A DNA stretch of 63,803 bases, counting the filler, from Octopus bimaculoides (taxonomy: Eukaryota): NCBI RefSeq assembly GCF_001194135.2. It is 11 parts of 11 records of this genome, joined end to end, with 100 filler letters (N's around TTAATTAATTAA, not from the genome) between each part and the next. Parts side by side here need not be neighbours in the genome. Positions count along the whole stretch, not along the records: positions 1 to 4,936 come from NW_026431657.1; positions 5,037 to 8,824 come from NC_069002.1; positions 8,925 to 17,454 come from NC_068997.1; 8 more parts are not named here. The stretch is one strand, 5' to 3'. The notes beneath the pieces are model-generated. The model was given only the letters and a program-made list of their open reading frames with translations. It was not told the origin of the DNA and ran no database searches. This document shows positions 1-11,089 of the stretch, piece by piece (within the stretch, counting starts at the first letter, position 1; the number at the start of each line of letters is the position of its first letter). A program made the position numbers and the translations under genes.

Positions 1-260
1 CGTCACCAGCCACAATCGCTGCACCTCAACAATTTCTGCTGTGTGTGTGTGTTGGGGGTTGCCATGCACAGCAAATGGCAACAGTTTTTTTAATTTTTTT
101 ATTAGAAACAATAAAAGACTTAAGAAATGCCTTGATGTTCAGAGATCAAATCCCGCCGAGGTTAACATTACCTTTTAACATTTTGAGGGTCACCAAAATA
201 ATATACCAGACTGCTAGGAAGTGGGGGGAACGGGGTTGATTTAAACAACTAACTTCAATT

Positions 261-335
261 TTATGTATCTGGCCCTGAGCCTAACTTAGACATATATGTG
301 TGTGGGTATGTGTGTAAATAAATGTATATATGTGC

Positions 336-371
<36 letters not shown>

Positions 372-388
372 ATATACATATATGTATA

Positions 389-434
<46 letters not shown>

Positions 435-545
435 CATATATATATATATGTACATATATACATATGTATATATCTTTGTGTGTGTGTATATATTTGTGTA
501 TATGTATGTTTCCATCTCTATATATGTGTATGTGTTGGTGTGTAT
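261..545. repeat. Compound (TA)n/(TG)n microsatellite, representative of dozens in the window
   Basis: Direct reading. It generates the spurious YI/CV/HT ORFs in the track. Confidence 0.95.
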
Positions 546-560
546 GTATAATTATCCCCA

Positions 561-780
561 TCATCATCATTTAATGCCCACTTTTCATGCTAGCATGGGT
601 TGGACGGTTTGACTGAGGACTGGTGAACCAGATGGCTACACCAGGCTCCAATCTGATCTGGCATGGTTTCTACAGCTGGATGCCTTTCCTAATGCCAACC
701 ACTCCGAGAGTGTAGTTGGTGCTTTTATGTACCACCGGCACAGGTACCAGTCAGATGGCACTGGCACTGGCCCCACGCAA
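561..780 (-). mobile_element. (CAT)n-tailed interspersed retroposon-like repeat
   Basis: CATGCTAGCATGGGTTGGACG..TTTGACTGAGGACTGG recurs reverse-complemented at 47876-47965 and degraded at about 20850-21050, each next to a (CAT)n/(ATG)n run. Strand is inferred from tail position. Confidence 0.65.
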
Positions 781-789
781 ATGGTGCTC

Positions 790-1400
790 TTCAAGTGGAA
801 ATGGACAGGAAAATCAGAGAAGTGATGACACAATTAACAAGGAATTACACCCCAAAAGCAATGCTGACAGACTGTGTGTGCCTCGGAAGAAGGGAGGAAG
901 AGGCATCATAGGACGCAAGACCTGTGTCATCAACAAGAAGAAGAAGAACAGTGTGGGATAGGTAGATCAAAGAGCAGAGTGGATCCTTGCTTGCTGCTGC
1001 TGTTGGAATTAACGATAGAATACCTGAACGAATAATGCAATGCATCCACAAATATATTTGAGAAAGAAGATGAAGAAGAAGAAGAAACAAGTGGGAAAGG
1101 AAACCATTGTATGGGGAATGCCTGAGAGAAATGGAAGGAAAAGACGAAACCAACACTTGGAGATCACTTGGAGAAAAAGTGATCTGAAAGGATTCAATGA
1201 GGCATTGAGGAAGAAGCTCTGGAAAGTAATTACGAGTTGCAAATAGATTAAGAAGAGTAGGAAATCACTGTTTTGTAGGATGTGTGGCAGCAGAAATGAA
1301 AGAATCTCACAAACTGTGAGTGGTGAAGAAGCTGGCCCAGAAGCACTACAAAAGGGGGCACGATAACCTGGGTAAGTTTGTTCAATGGAGGCTATGTGGA
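790..1400 (+). mobile_element. Decayed R4/Dong-like non-LTR retrotransposon, post-RT region
   Basis: Frameshifted translation gives MDRKIR.., KELHPKSNADRLCVPRKKGGRG, CRMCG and (H)DNLGKFVQWRLC, matching the HPK-DRLY-RKxGGRGL and CCHC/RHD motifs of R4/Dong-type ORFs. Confidence 0.7.
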
Positions 1401-1603
1401 AATTCTAACTGGTCCCACCTGCTAGGTCATGCACACTTAATATGAAATCACCATGTCACACATACATATAGTTAAGATGCATGTGCCTGGTGTACCCTTA
1501 TCAGATGGGTATACTGGGCTTTGTATATTTGTAACCCAGCATCACTTTGATGGTATGCACTGCTCTCTCCCTCAATAATAAAAACCCTTTCTACTCTTAG
1601 CAC

Positions 1604-1649
1604 AAACCATCCATATTTTGCAGAAATTTCTGCAAAATATGGATGGTTT
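1604..1649. repeat. Perfect 46-bp palindrome
   Basis: AAACCATCCATATTTTGCAGAAATTTCTGCAAAATATGGATGGTTT equals its own reverse complement. Confidence 0.95.
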
Positions 1650-1844
1650 ATCCTGTTCATACTATATTATTAACATTATCCTGTATTTGAAAATAAGATT
1701 ATTGCTTTATCCGTATCTTTCAATACGTCTCAATACATCTGAAGCAAACTTTGTTTGTTGACTTTCAACCCAAGTTGAATTTACCGTAGGATACTGTTTT
1801 CTAAAGCTAGATTTAAATATCCTAAAATTGCAGAAGAATTTGTC

Positions 1845-1905
1845 ATCCGGGTAGTTTAGCACTTGATGTGTAATCACAGGGATGTGAGTTCGAGTCTCAT
1901 GGCAG
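1845..1905 (+). mobile_element. Isolated degenerate tRNA-like SINE head
   Basis: B-box-like GTTCGAGTC at 1888-1896. The A-box region is degraded and there is no complete cloverleaf. Confidence 0.4.
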
Positions 1906-1993
1906 ATAGTTTATCCTGTTTATGCTACATCATTAGCATTCTCCTGCGTTTGAAAATAAAATTATTTCCTTATATATATATATATATACACAC

Positions 1994-2154
1994 ACGACAG
2001 GCTTCTTTCAGTTTCCGTCTACCAAATCCACTCTCAAGGCTTTGGTTGGCCCGAGGCTATAGTAGAAGATACTTGCCCGAAGTACCATGCTGTGGGATTG
2101 AACCCAGAACCTTGTGGTTGGGAAGTAAGTTACTTACTACAACAGCGACACCTG
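1994..2154 (-). mobile_element. tRNA-derived SINE family A, 5' half ending in (TA)n
   Basis: Matches the other copies, whose sense consensus reads CAGGTGTGGCTGTGTGGTAAG..GGTTCAGTCCCAC..GGGCAAGTGTCTTCTACTATAGCC..GGATTTGGTAGACGGAAACTGAAAGAAGCCCGTCG(TA)n. More than 10 related copies in the window. Confidence 0.85.
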
Positions 2155-2301
2155 TGTGTGGCTTGTTTGTTTGTTGTACCTTGTTTATCATTTTGTCCAT
2201 GTTCTTTTGCCACGTCATGTACCCAGTTATGTATCTATATGTACATGTAGATGAAGGTATGTACATACATGTACATATATATGCATATACTCATATATTG
2301 T

Positions 2302-2335
<34 letters not shown>

Positions 2336-3216
2336 ACACACACACACACACATACATATATATATATACATGTGTATACACAATCAGATACACACACATG
2401 CATGTCTATANNNNNNNNNNNNNNNNNNNNNNNNNNNNNNNNNNNNNNNNNNNNNNNNNNNNNNNNNNNNNNNNNNNNNNNNNNNNNNNNNNNNNNNNNN
2501 NNNNNNNNNNNNNNNNNNNNNNNNNNNNNNNNNNNNNNNNNNNNNNNNNNNNNNNNNNNNNNNNNNNNNNNNNNNNNNNNNNNNNNNNNNNNNNNNNNNN
2601 NNNNNNNNNNNNNNNNNNNNNNNNNNNNNNNNNNNNNNNNNNNNNNNNNNNNNNNNNNNNNNNNNNNNNNNNNNNNNNNNNNNNNNNNNNNNNNNNNNNN
2701 NNNNNNNNNNNNNNNNNNNNNNNNNNNNNNNNNNNNNNNNNNNNNNNNNNNNNNNNNNNNNNNNNNNNNNNNNNNNNNNNNNNNNNNNNNNNNNNNNNNN
2801 NNNNNNNNNNNNNNNNNNNNNNNNNNNCAGATGTGAGTGGGTTTGTGATAAAGATGTGGTGTGGTATTACGTGGAGGGGGTGGAACGAGGGTCCAGAGGT
2901 GGGGGGGGTGAAGGAGGGAGATGAGTGTGGTGAATGAGAGGGGTGAAGCTGGTGGGGGAAGGGTGCAGAATTACGTGGTGGGTGGAGTGAATGTATAACC
3001 ATTGCGGAGGGAGTGGTGGTGGTGGTGATGTTAGTAGTTCTAGATATGAACTGCATGGAACTATGTAGTGGCTTTCATTCCAAGGTACACTTATACCCCA
3101 ACAGTAGCTGAGCAGTGAAGGCTGTCACCCTGTGGGGAACTCTGACTGTCCCCTCTCTCAACCTGCCACTCTCCACAAACAAAGAACGTGAACCCATTTT
3201 CTTGTTAGCATTTCTC

Positions 3217-3408
3217 AGGGATCCTCAACCATTTTTTGCCTATGAAACCCTTTTATAGTTTTGTAATTAAATATTTCTAGGAATTGTATAAAAAAAAATT
3301 GTTGAAACACTTCATGTTTTGTAACAATTTTATTGGAGATAAATTTTAACAACAAAATCTTGTATGGAGACTTAAGGGTCATGTGGACCCCTGGTTGGGA
3401 TCCAACAG
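3217..3408. mobile_element. Possible decayed hAT-type MITE
   Basis: Ends CAGGGATCCTCAACC and GGACCCCTGGTTGGGATCC resemble CAG(T/G)GGTTCTCAACC-type TIRs. The match is poor. Confidence 0.35.
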
Positions 3409-3409
3409 T

Positions 3410-3680
3410 TTAACCCTTTCGTTACTGTATTTCTGTTGAGCTGCTTCTGTGTTTCTTTCAATTACTTTAAATATAACAAAGTCTTTAGTAAAATAACTTT
3501 ATTATCCTTCAGCTAGGGTTAGGGTTAGGGTTAGGAACATGTGACTAAGGTTTGACTAAGGTTTGACTAAACTGTGACTAAGGTTTGCTGGAGGATTTTT
3601 TAATTCAAAACTTATGCAAACAAGACATTTGTACTACGGAGCCAGAGGTGGTTTCAGCTGGGTTGGTTTCAAATGGTTAA
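3410..3680. mobile_element. piggyBac-like MITE (TTAA-CC termini) containing a short TTAGGG run
   Basis: Starts TTAACCCTTTCGTTAC and ends GTTTCAAATGGTTAA: imperfect TIRs with TTAA at both ends. Confidence 0.55.
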
Positions 3681-3714
3681 ACTATAAATAAAAATATATA
3701 CACACACACGAACA

Positions 3715-3755
<41 letters not shown>

Positions 3756-4024
3756 NNNNNNNNNNNNNNNNNNNNNNNNNNNNNNNNNNNNNNNNNNNNN
3801 NNNNNNNNNNNNNNNNNNNNNNNNNNNNNNNNNNNNNNNNNNNNNNNNNNNNNNNNNNNNNNNNNNNNNNNNNNNNNNNNNNNNNNNNNNNNNNNNNNNN
3901 NNNNNNNNNNNNNNNNNNNNNNNNNNNNNNNNNNNNNNNNNNNNNNNNNNNNNNNNNNNNNNNNNNNNNNNNNNNNNNNNNNNNNNNNNNNNNNNNNNTA
4001 TATATATATATATATTCTTGATCC

Positions 4025-4165
4025 ACTGTGGCCGTGTGGATAAGAAGTTTGTTTTGTGATAACATGGCTCTGCTTTCAGTTCCACTGTGTGGCCCACTGG
4101 GTAAGTGTCTTCTACTATAGCCCCAGGCCAAAAAAAGAAAAAGCCTTGTGAGTGGATTTGGTGTA
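4025..4165 (+). mobile_element. SINE family A, diverged 5' half
   Basis: GGGTAAGTGTCTTCTACTATAGCC..AAAGCCTTGTGAGTGGATTTGG shared with other copies. Confidence 0.75.
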
Positions 4166-4229
4166 CACACCCCCCCCCACACACAAAGAGTATTCTGGAA
4201 GTTTTGAGACTTGTTCAAGAGGGACATTT

Positions 4230-4745
4230 ATTACTTCCAGAGAAGCCCAGAACTCCAATCTCCTTCAAAAGAGATTGTTTTCACTTCAACGCACTTGTAG
4301 AGGTCCAGCCACTTTGTAAAAGCCCCACGGAAATCCTCCAAAAGTGAAGGTATCCAGGACCCTTGTCACAGCCTCCTTTCTCTCCTTCAGCTTAGGGAAC
4401 ACCCTTAGGGAGGGTGAGGGGTAGTTTTGATGCCCATCTCTGTCAAGGAGTTGCTTACCACGATGGAAATGTGGATTGGCACTTTGTCCTGGCGCTGGTG
4501 CTGTGGCCCTTTCTGATGGGACCACTTCCTGAACACCCTCAAAACCTCCGCAAAGTATTCTTAGTGTTCCTTTCTGGTGAGAGGGAAGCCAGTGGGTGCT
4601 GATGATGCCCTTGCTGTGGAAAAAAGGGGATCAGTATGAGCTTGCCAGTGGACTTGCTTTTCCTGGCCCCTTGTGCCAGTGAAAAACAAATGCTCAGTTC
4701 ATACAAGTTAATCCACGACCAGTCTGGAGCATGTCATAAGTTTTT
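4230..4745 (-). mobile_element. Decayed mariner (DD34D-type) transposase remnant
   Basis: Minus-strand frames give ARKSKSTGKLILIPFFHSKG, EYFAEVLRVFRK, QDKVPIHISIVVSNSLTEMGIKTTPHPP, KEAVTRVLDTF and EDFRGAFTKWL..FEGD, matching the mariner catalytic C-terminus, with stops and frameshifts. Confidence 0.8.
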
Positions 4746-4980
4746 GCAATGTTTTCGCCCAGTTTAACACCAAACTTCATTTCATAACAATATTTCCAGA
4801 TTGTCTTCTGGTCTCCTGACTGCAAAACTAGTCAGCCATGACAACCAGTAAAGCGAACTCTTGTTTTCCTTCCTTTTGTGTACCTGTGTGTGTGTGTGTG
4901 TGTGTGTGCATGTATGCGTATATGTGTGTCTATGTTNNNNNNNNNNNNNNNNNNNNNNNNNNNNNNNNNNNNNNNNNNNN

Positions 4981-4992
4981 TTAATTAATTAA
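4981..4992. other. Artificial six-frame-stop linker TTAATTAATTAA inside a 100-nt gap
   Basis: The same 12-mer is centred in N blocks at 4981, 8869, 17499, 30254, 47820, 52805, 55318, 59492, 61464 and 62697. Confidence 0.95.
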
Positions 4993-5369
4993 NNNNNNNN
5001 NNNNNNNNNNNNNNNNNNNNNNNNNNNNNNNNNNNNACGCAGTGAGACTGAACCCGGAACCAAATGGTTGGGAAGCAAACTACTTACCACACAGCCACTC
5101 TTGCGCCAAAAAAAAAAGAAAGAAAGAAAAACAAGCATGGATGAAGTTCGTTGGGAGATTTCAGCATCTTAAGACATGATTGATTGACTGATTGAATGGT
5201 AATAATTCGAATTCTTTGGTGAGGTGATGAAACGTACGGTATTACGGTGCTGACGGGCGGTTGATGGTGGAGAAGGAATCTCTGCAGAAATGGTCAGTTC
5301 CGCCATTACCTATACAAGACACTTGATGCAACTGCAGCTCCTGCCGCTACCGACGCCACCACCACCACC

Positions 5370-5404
<35 letters not shown>

Positions 5405-5462
5405 CCAGGGAGGTGTTGCTTATTATATATTTACTGTAATGTTACTAGAACAATATTATAAA

Positions 5463-5750
5463 AGTGGCTGGCAGAATCGTTAGCTTGTCGAGTGAAATGT
5501 CTAGCGGCCTTTCGTCCGTCTTCACGTTCTGACTTCAAATTCCACCGAGGTAAACTTCTATCCTTTTGCGGTCTACAAAATAAGTACCGCATTTCCATAT
5601 TTAAGAGATGAGGAATTATGTACATTATTTACATGTGCATTATGTAAATAATGAAAATAAGTACCGGTTGAGCATTTGGGTCGATGTAATCGGCTTACGT
5701 CCTTACCCCGAAATTGCTGGCCTTTTACCAAAATTTGAAACCAATATTAC
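5463..5750 (+). mobile_element. tRNA-derived SINE family B, diverged
   Basis: GCTGGCAGAATCGTTAGC..TTCAAATTCCACCGAGG..AAATAAGTACC..GGGTCGATGTAATCG shared with more than 10 copies. Confidence 0.75.
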
Positions 5751-6705
5751 TGTGATGTGGTTTTGTCAGGTGCCTTCAGCCAATGATCTGTGTGAATAGT
5801 TGTAGTGGTGGTGGTTATCCAGTTTCCAGTTGAATTTCTTTTCCTAAAGAAATTTGTTTACAAATTTGCACATGGACAAAATTTCATTCCTTCTATGCAA
5901 TAAAATGACGCATTGAATCAATAAGTTATATTTCTCTGCCAAACGAAATGACATCTCATTGACCCACTGGTATATGAGATTACAGTTTCAGCAATGCTTT
6001 AACTTATAGGGGTGTTTTTAATTTCACTCTCGTTCAGTTTGTAGCTGTATTCAAATAAGGTGTTAAAGTTAATTCTGCCTTTGAATAAAGACGAATGAGT
6101 ATGCAATATGCATCTAGTTTTGAATGTATTTTCTGTGAGTTCTATGTAATTCTTTTAGATATCATCTTCAGATATCTTTCTTCATTGCGAAACATGTGCC
6201 GTTAAGACGTCAGATGTGGAGTTGCTGTAATTGTATTCTACCAGATGGGTTGCAGTGTCTCTATTTCTAGAACCTCGGTAAGGGTTGGATATTTGAGATG
6301 CGATATTATCCAAGCAAATCTAAAATCGAAATAATGTAGAAGTTAGCTACAGTTGCATTTCTAAAATGAAAATTCTGTGTGTGCATACGTGTGTGGCGGT
6401 GGTGGTGGTGGTGGGGAGGTATGTATAGTTTGTATTAGGTAAATAAAATTACATATTGCAGCTAGATCACTCGTTCAATTAATCCTTGATTCGCCTGCAC
6501 ACATCAGGAAAAAAATATAACGTACTGTTAAGAAAGAAAGAAAGAAAGAAGGAGAGATTCAGTTAGTATTTTATATTTTATCATCCTGAAAGTGCCATGT
6601 ATCGACGTAAGCATGGCTACGAATATAGCTAGCTCATTTATATTCGTGACTATACATATTTGCATGTATGTATATATACATGTATACATGTGTGTGTATA
6701 AACAC

Positions 6706-6806
<101 letters not shown>

Positions 6807-6897
6807 NNNNNNNNNNNNNNNNNNNNNNNNNNNNNNNNNNNNNNNNNNNNNNNNNNNNNNNNNNNNNNNNNNNNNNNNNNNNNNNNNNNNNNNNNNN

Positions 6898-6976
<79 letters not shown>

Positions 6977-7765
6977 CAAACACAAACACACACACATACA
7001 CACATACAAACACATGCATGCATGCATGCATACATACATACATAACATGCAAGCATACATTACATACATACTCACACACAAGGTTAAACAGAGGTAGATA
7101 TGTTAGTCCATTAAATATTTAAATAGTGAAGGGGTGGAGATTGTGAATGAAATTGAAGACGAAAGGATAGAGAGGGCCAAAGAGAAAGACAATGAGACAG
7201 AGGCAGAAGGACACAAAGAGAGAATGAGAGAAAATGAGAGAAGGCGTGAGATGCACGTTCAAAACTGATAAACATTGAAGCAGAAAGTTTATTTATATTG
7301 ACGCTGCGTTCAAATGGCAAGCCCTAACATTCAAGGTAAATTAATGTTGTTGTTCTTTCTAGTGATCCCACTAAAAATGTTTTGCTTTCCCTAACTTGTA
7401 TGTCGGTTGTCTAATGATTTCATGGAGTTTTAAATTCGATGTTTTACGAAGAAGAATCGAATCTTTAATCTCACATTTAAATTTCTGGGGTAAATTATTT
7501 CCACCAGGTGGTTTCGAACCTACACACACACACACACACACTTATGGACATATTTACAAAGAAAAAACTGACAACGACCACGATGTATCACTTGTGATAT
7601 ACATATACACACACAAACACCCATATATATATATATATAGATATATTGTTGTTGTACTTGGGGATGGTCATATTGCCAGTTTAGCCAATAAAAACACACG
7701 CACTGTATATTTGGTGTTAATTTGTTTCAGCTTTATATTACATTACATTACATTAATCCTATTTC

Positions 7766-7810
7766 GGCCAGAGTTCTTTCGTCACACTTCTGTGACCTCA
7801 TCAGTGGTCC
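7766..7810 (-). ncRNA. Type I hammerhead-ribozyme-like fold
   Basis: Minus strand reads GGACCA-CUGAUGA-G-GUCACA(GAAG)UGUGAC-GAAA-GAACUC-UGGCC: intact core, 6-bp stem II and imperfect stem I. Confidence 0.55.
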
Positions 7811-7855
7811 TTTGCTTTCTTCTTTCTTATGTGTGTCCCACCTTGCTAACTATCA

Positions 7856-7891
<36 letters not shown>

Positions 7892-7894
<3 letters not shown>

Positions 7895-8080
7895 TGGCAT
7901 TCCGTCGGTTACGACGACGTGGGTTCCAGTTGATCCGATCAACGGAACAGCCTGCTCGTGAAATTAACGTGCAAGTGGCTGAGCACTCCACAGACACGTA
8001 GTTCTCGGGGAAATTCAGCGTGACACAGAGTGTTACAAGGCTGGCCTTTTGAAATACAGGTACAACAGAAAAAGGAAGAA
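7892..8080 (-). mobile_element. SINE family D, 3' portion with (TA)n tail
   Basis: GGTTCCAGTTGATCCGATCAACGGAACAGC..GTGCAAGTGGCTGAGCACTCCACAGA also occurs at about 14530-14630, and its start at about 56113-56163. Confidence 0.75.
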
Positions 8081-9800
8081 AGAGTGAGATAAAGTTTTGG
8101 TGAAAGAGTACTGCAGGGTTCGCGGGAGCCTCGTGGAGCTTTTAGGTGTTTTTGCTCAATAAACACTCACAACACTCGGTCTGGGAATCGAATTCCTGTG
8201 ACCTCCTAATATTGCAAAATTAGAAAACTTAAGGTGAGCCAGGTAACTGATGGTTTTGGGGTCTTCTTGTTTGTAACTTATGGTGAGCCATGGTACAACC
8301 AACAACATGGTAAAAAGCCCTGCCATTAATTTGATGTGGATGGGTAATATCGAATAATTCAATCACAACATATATTTAAATTAAACATGTAAAAAATTGA
8401 AATATCATCACTTACATGGAAAAATTGAAATATTAACTTTCAGTATTTCATAAGGTAAAATCTTAAATTATTAATTCACACATTATTAATTATCTTATAA
8501 CAGCAATGCCTGGAAAAATCATGGATTACATGGAAAAATGCGAGCATGAAAAGTAATATTATTAAGATTATAAACCTGGAAAAGTACAGGACAATTTATT
8601 ACACCTGTAAAAGTATAGGACAAGCTATTACTTCTAGTAAAGTAAAGAATAAGAAACTTTTTACTAAAATTAAAATTTGAATATTAAAACTTATTTTATT
8701 ATAGTTTACAAATAATACTATACTTATTTAAGTAGAATTTCGCTAATTTACTACCTTAAATACAGAAAAAAGTGACTAATTAATTAGACAAACTTACAAA
8801 TTAGCTGAACAGTTTTTGTACAATNNNNNNNNNNNNNNNNNNNNNNNNNNNNNNNNNNNNNNNNNNNNTTAATTAATTAANNNNNNNNNNNNNNNNNNNN
8901 NNNNNNNNNNNNNNNNNNNNNNNNCACACACACACACACACACTCACATGCATGTCTGCAAGTCTGCTTCCTATATATATTTGTCTTAAATATTATTCTG
9001 TAATCTGTAATAGACGGGTCATTGTTGACTCGAAATTACTGAAAGAAAATCGAAACCATTCCATTGAAATCAAGACGACTTTTTACCTCCAGCTACGACG
9101 CTTGACAAGTAATTCTTAAGCGAAGAGGATTAACGAACTCTTTATCAAGTGCTTATTGACGAACTGAAGTAGTTATTGGCGTATTATCACACTGTGATAA
9201 TCGTCGTAACTTCACCCATTCTTAAAGGCTGTCCAAGATTTACCAATTGACTGGAAGCAAGTGAAATAAACGTTGAATAAGGAAGTCACACATAGTGTTA
9301 AGTTATTCTTGTAATCGGTTTAGTTGAGAGAAAAGAAAAAAAGAGTGAATAAAACAAGGGAGAAAACTAGACACTCCGAAACCCTTAACATATTTTTTCT
9401 CCATTAATAAAAATACATTTTATATTTATGTTTCCGTATTGTTCTTGTTTGTACGCATGGAAATGCAATGATTCTTTCTCGGTTTTTCTTCAACTATCGT
9501 CTGCTTTCCAAGTGTTCGATAACTGATAATTTTCTTTCAAATTCTTATAATAGTTTCTTTTGAAATAAATAGTCTAAGCCGGCATGTTTTTGTAAAGCTT
9601 ATTTTCTTAATAACAATATCGCTAAAAATATATATATATTTATCTATATCTCTTCTTCAGTTATCACTTTTTTTTTATAGAGCAATTAGAAGCATGCTTT
9701 CTTTAAATTCACATTGAAAGTGCAGGACAAAGAGCAGGGACTTTCCTCTTTCTAAAAGCCAACTTTTGATATATTTACATGTGCTCAAGGCCCCCGTGTA

Positions 9801-10720
9801 TACAGGGTGTTCGGGATAAACTTGGCAGCTTGCTTATAAGGAAAAGAAAACACAATACCCTATTGAAAGATCAAAAAGATATCAACAAGATTATGGGCTA
9901 GGAGATAACAGTTTACTCTATCAGTAGCCGTCCACAGCTTCCACCACGGCCTCAAGACGACGTCGGAACCTTGTGCATGCGTTCCTCACTGTGTCTCTGA
10001 GATCTGTGTGCACTTCCTTGATCTTGGCCACCAATTTAGCCTTAGTGTTGCAGGCAGAGTGATCGGTGTCTTTCTCAACTGCGCCACATGAATGGTAAAC
10101 CATGAGATTACAATCGGAGGAATTAGGAAACCAGAAACTGAGGCTGGTGAAGTCGAAGAAATATTTCGACAATCACATCTGACTCTTTCCGGAAGTATGG
10201 CAAGGAAACGAATCCTGCTGCCACACATATGGCCTTCAAGCAGCAATCCTCTCCGACCAAGGATTGACCACGATCTCCAGCAGCTTCACGTGGCCATCTG
10301 AATTGACTCTAAGACCCGTGTCGAAAATGTGAAGTGGCATGACGCCACCCCCACTGAAGACACACCCAAAGACCGTCACAGTTTGGGGAAACCCGGTTTT
10401 ATGATGTTCATATCACGTCTTACAACCTTTACAGGATTCCCCGAGCATTGAGCAGTAGTCACGATGTTTGTGTTTTGATATCCGACACGAATCGTCATCA
10501 TACCAGGAACTCTTTTCCAATATTTAGATAACTTCCAGTCCTCCATGTCAGCTAACTTTTTCTCAACTACAGCTTTAATCCTTATTAATGTGCCAAATTT
10601 TAAAATTTTCGATAAACTTTAATTTTTGAAATGCTGGCAGCCAAACGAACTAGATCTGTATTTGCTCCAGTAAAGACGTGTCATCTGACTCAACTCTGTT
10701 GACTTCTTCTCTTTGGGAAT
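9801..10720 (-). mobile_element. Decayed maT/DD37D Tc1-mariner transposon
   Basis: TA+CAGGGTG terminus at 9801. Minus frames give FPQTVTVFGCV..GVMPLHIF, RPYVWQQD, FWFPNSSDCNLMVY and ACTRFRRRLEAVVEA. There are 37 residues between the QQD aspartate and the third catalytic position (here Val), plus internal stops. Confidence 0.85.
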
Positions 10721-10774
10721 ACCATTCTGCCTTCGTGACGCCATCTGTAGAAATTCATTTTCACTTTACTGATG

Positions 10775-10920
10775 TTGTTTACATTATTCACATTTGACGG
10801 ATATTTGTCCTCATCTTGTTTGTCGTTAACACAACGTTTCAGCTGATATACCCTTCAGCTTTCATCAGGTGTCTTGGGGAAATTTCGAACCTGGGTTCTC
10901 ATTCCTAAGGTATTTTTCGA

Positions 10921-10951
<31 letters not shown>

Positions 10952-11026
10952 TAGGTCACTGCTTGGAATTGAACTCGGAATTTTGGGGTTAGTAGCCCGC
11001 ACTCTTAACCATTACGCTATATGCCC
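10775..11026 (-). mobile_element. tRNA-headed short element carrying a hammerhead ribozyme and a Penelope-like tail
   Basis: Minus strand: A box TAGCGTAATGG (11009-11019), B box GAGTTCAATTCC (10965-10976), a (TAA)n spacer, then a hammerhead core at 10828-10873. Confidence 0.7.
10828..10873 (-). ncRNA. Minimal type I hammerhead ribozyme
   Basis: GACAC-CUGAUGA-A-AGCUGA(AGGGUAUA)UCAGCU-GAAAC-GUU-GUGUU: 5-bp stem I, 6-bp stem II, all core nucleotides present, and palindromic AACGUU in place of stem-loop III. Confidence 0.75.
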
Positions 11027-11089
11027 GGGGTTCGTAGTCCGCGCTTAAGAGCGCGGGCTACTAACCACAAGATTCCGAGTTCAACCAGG

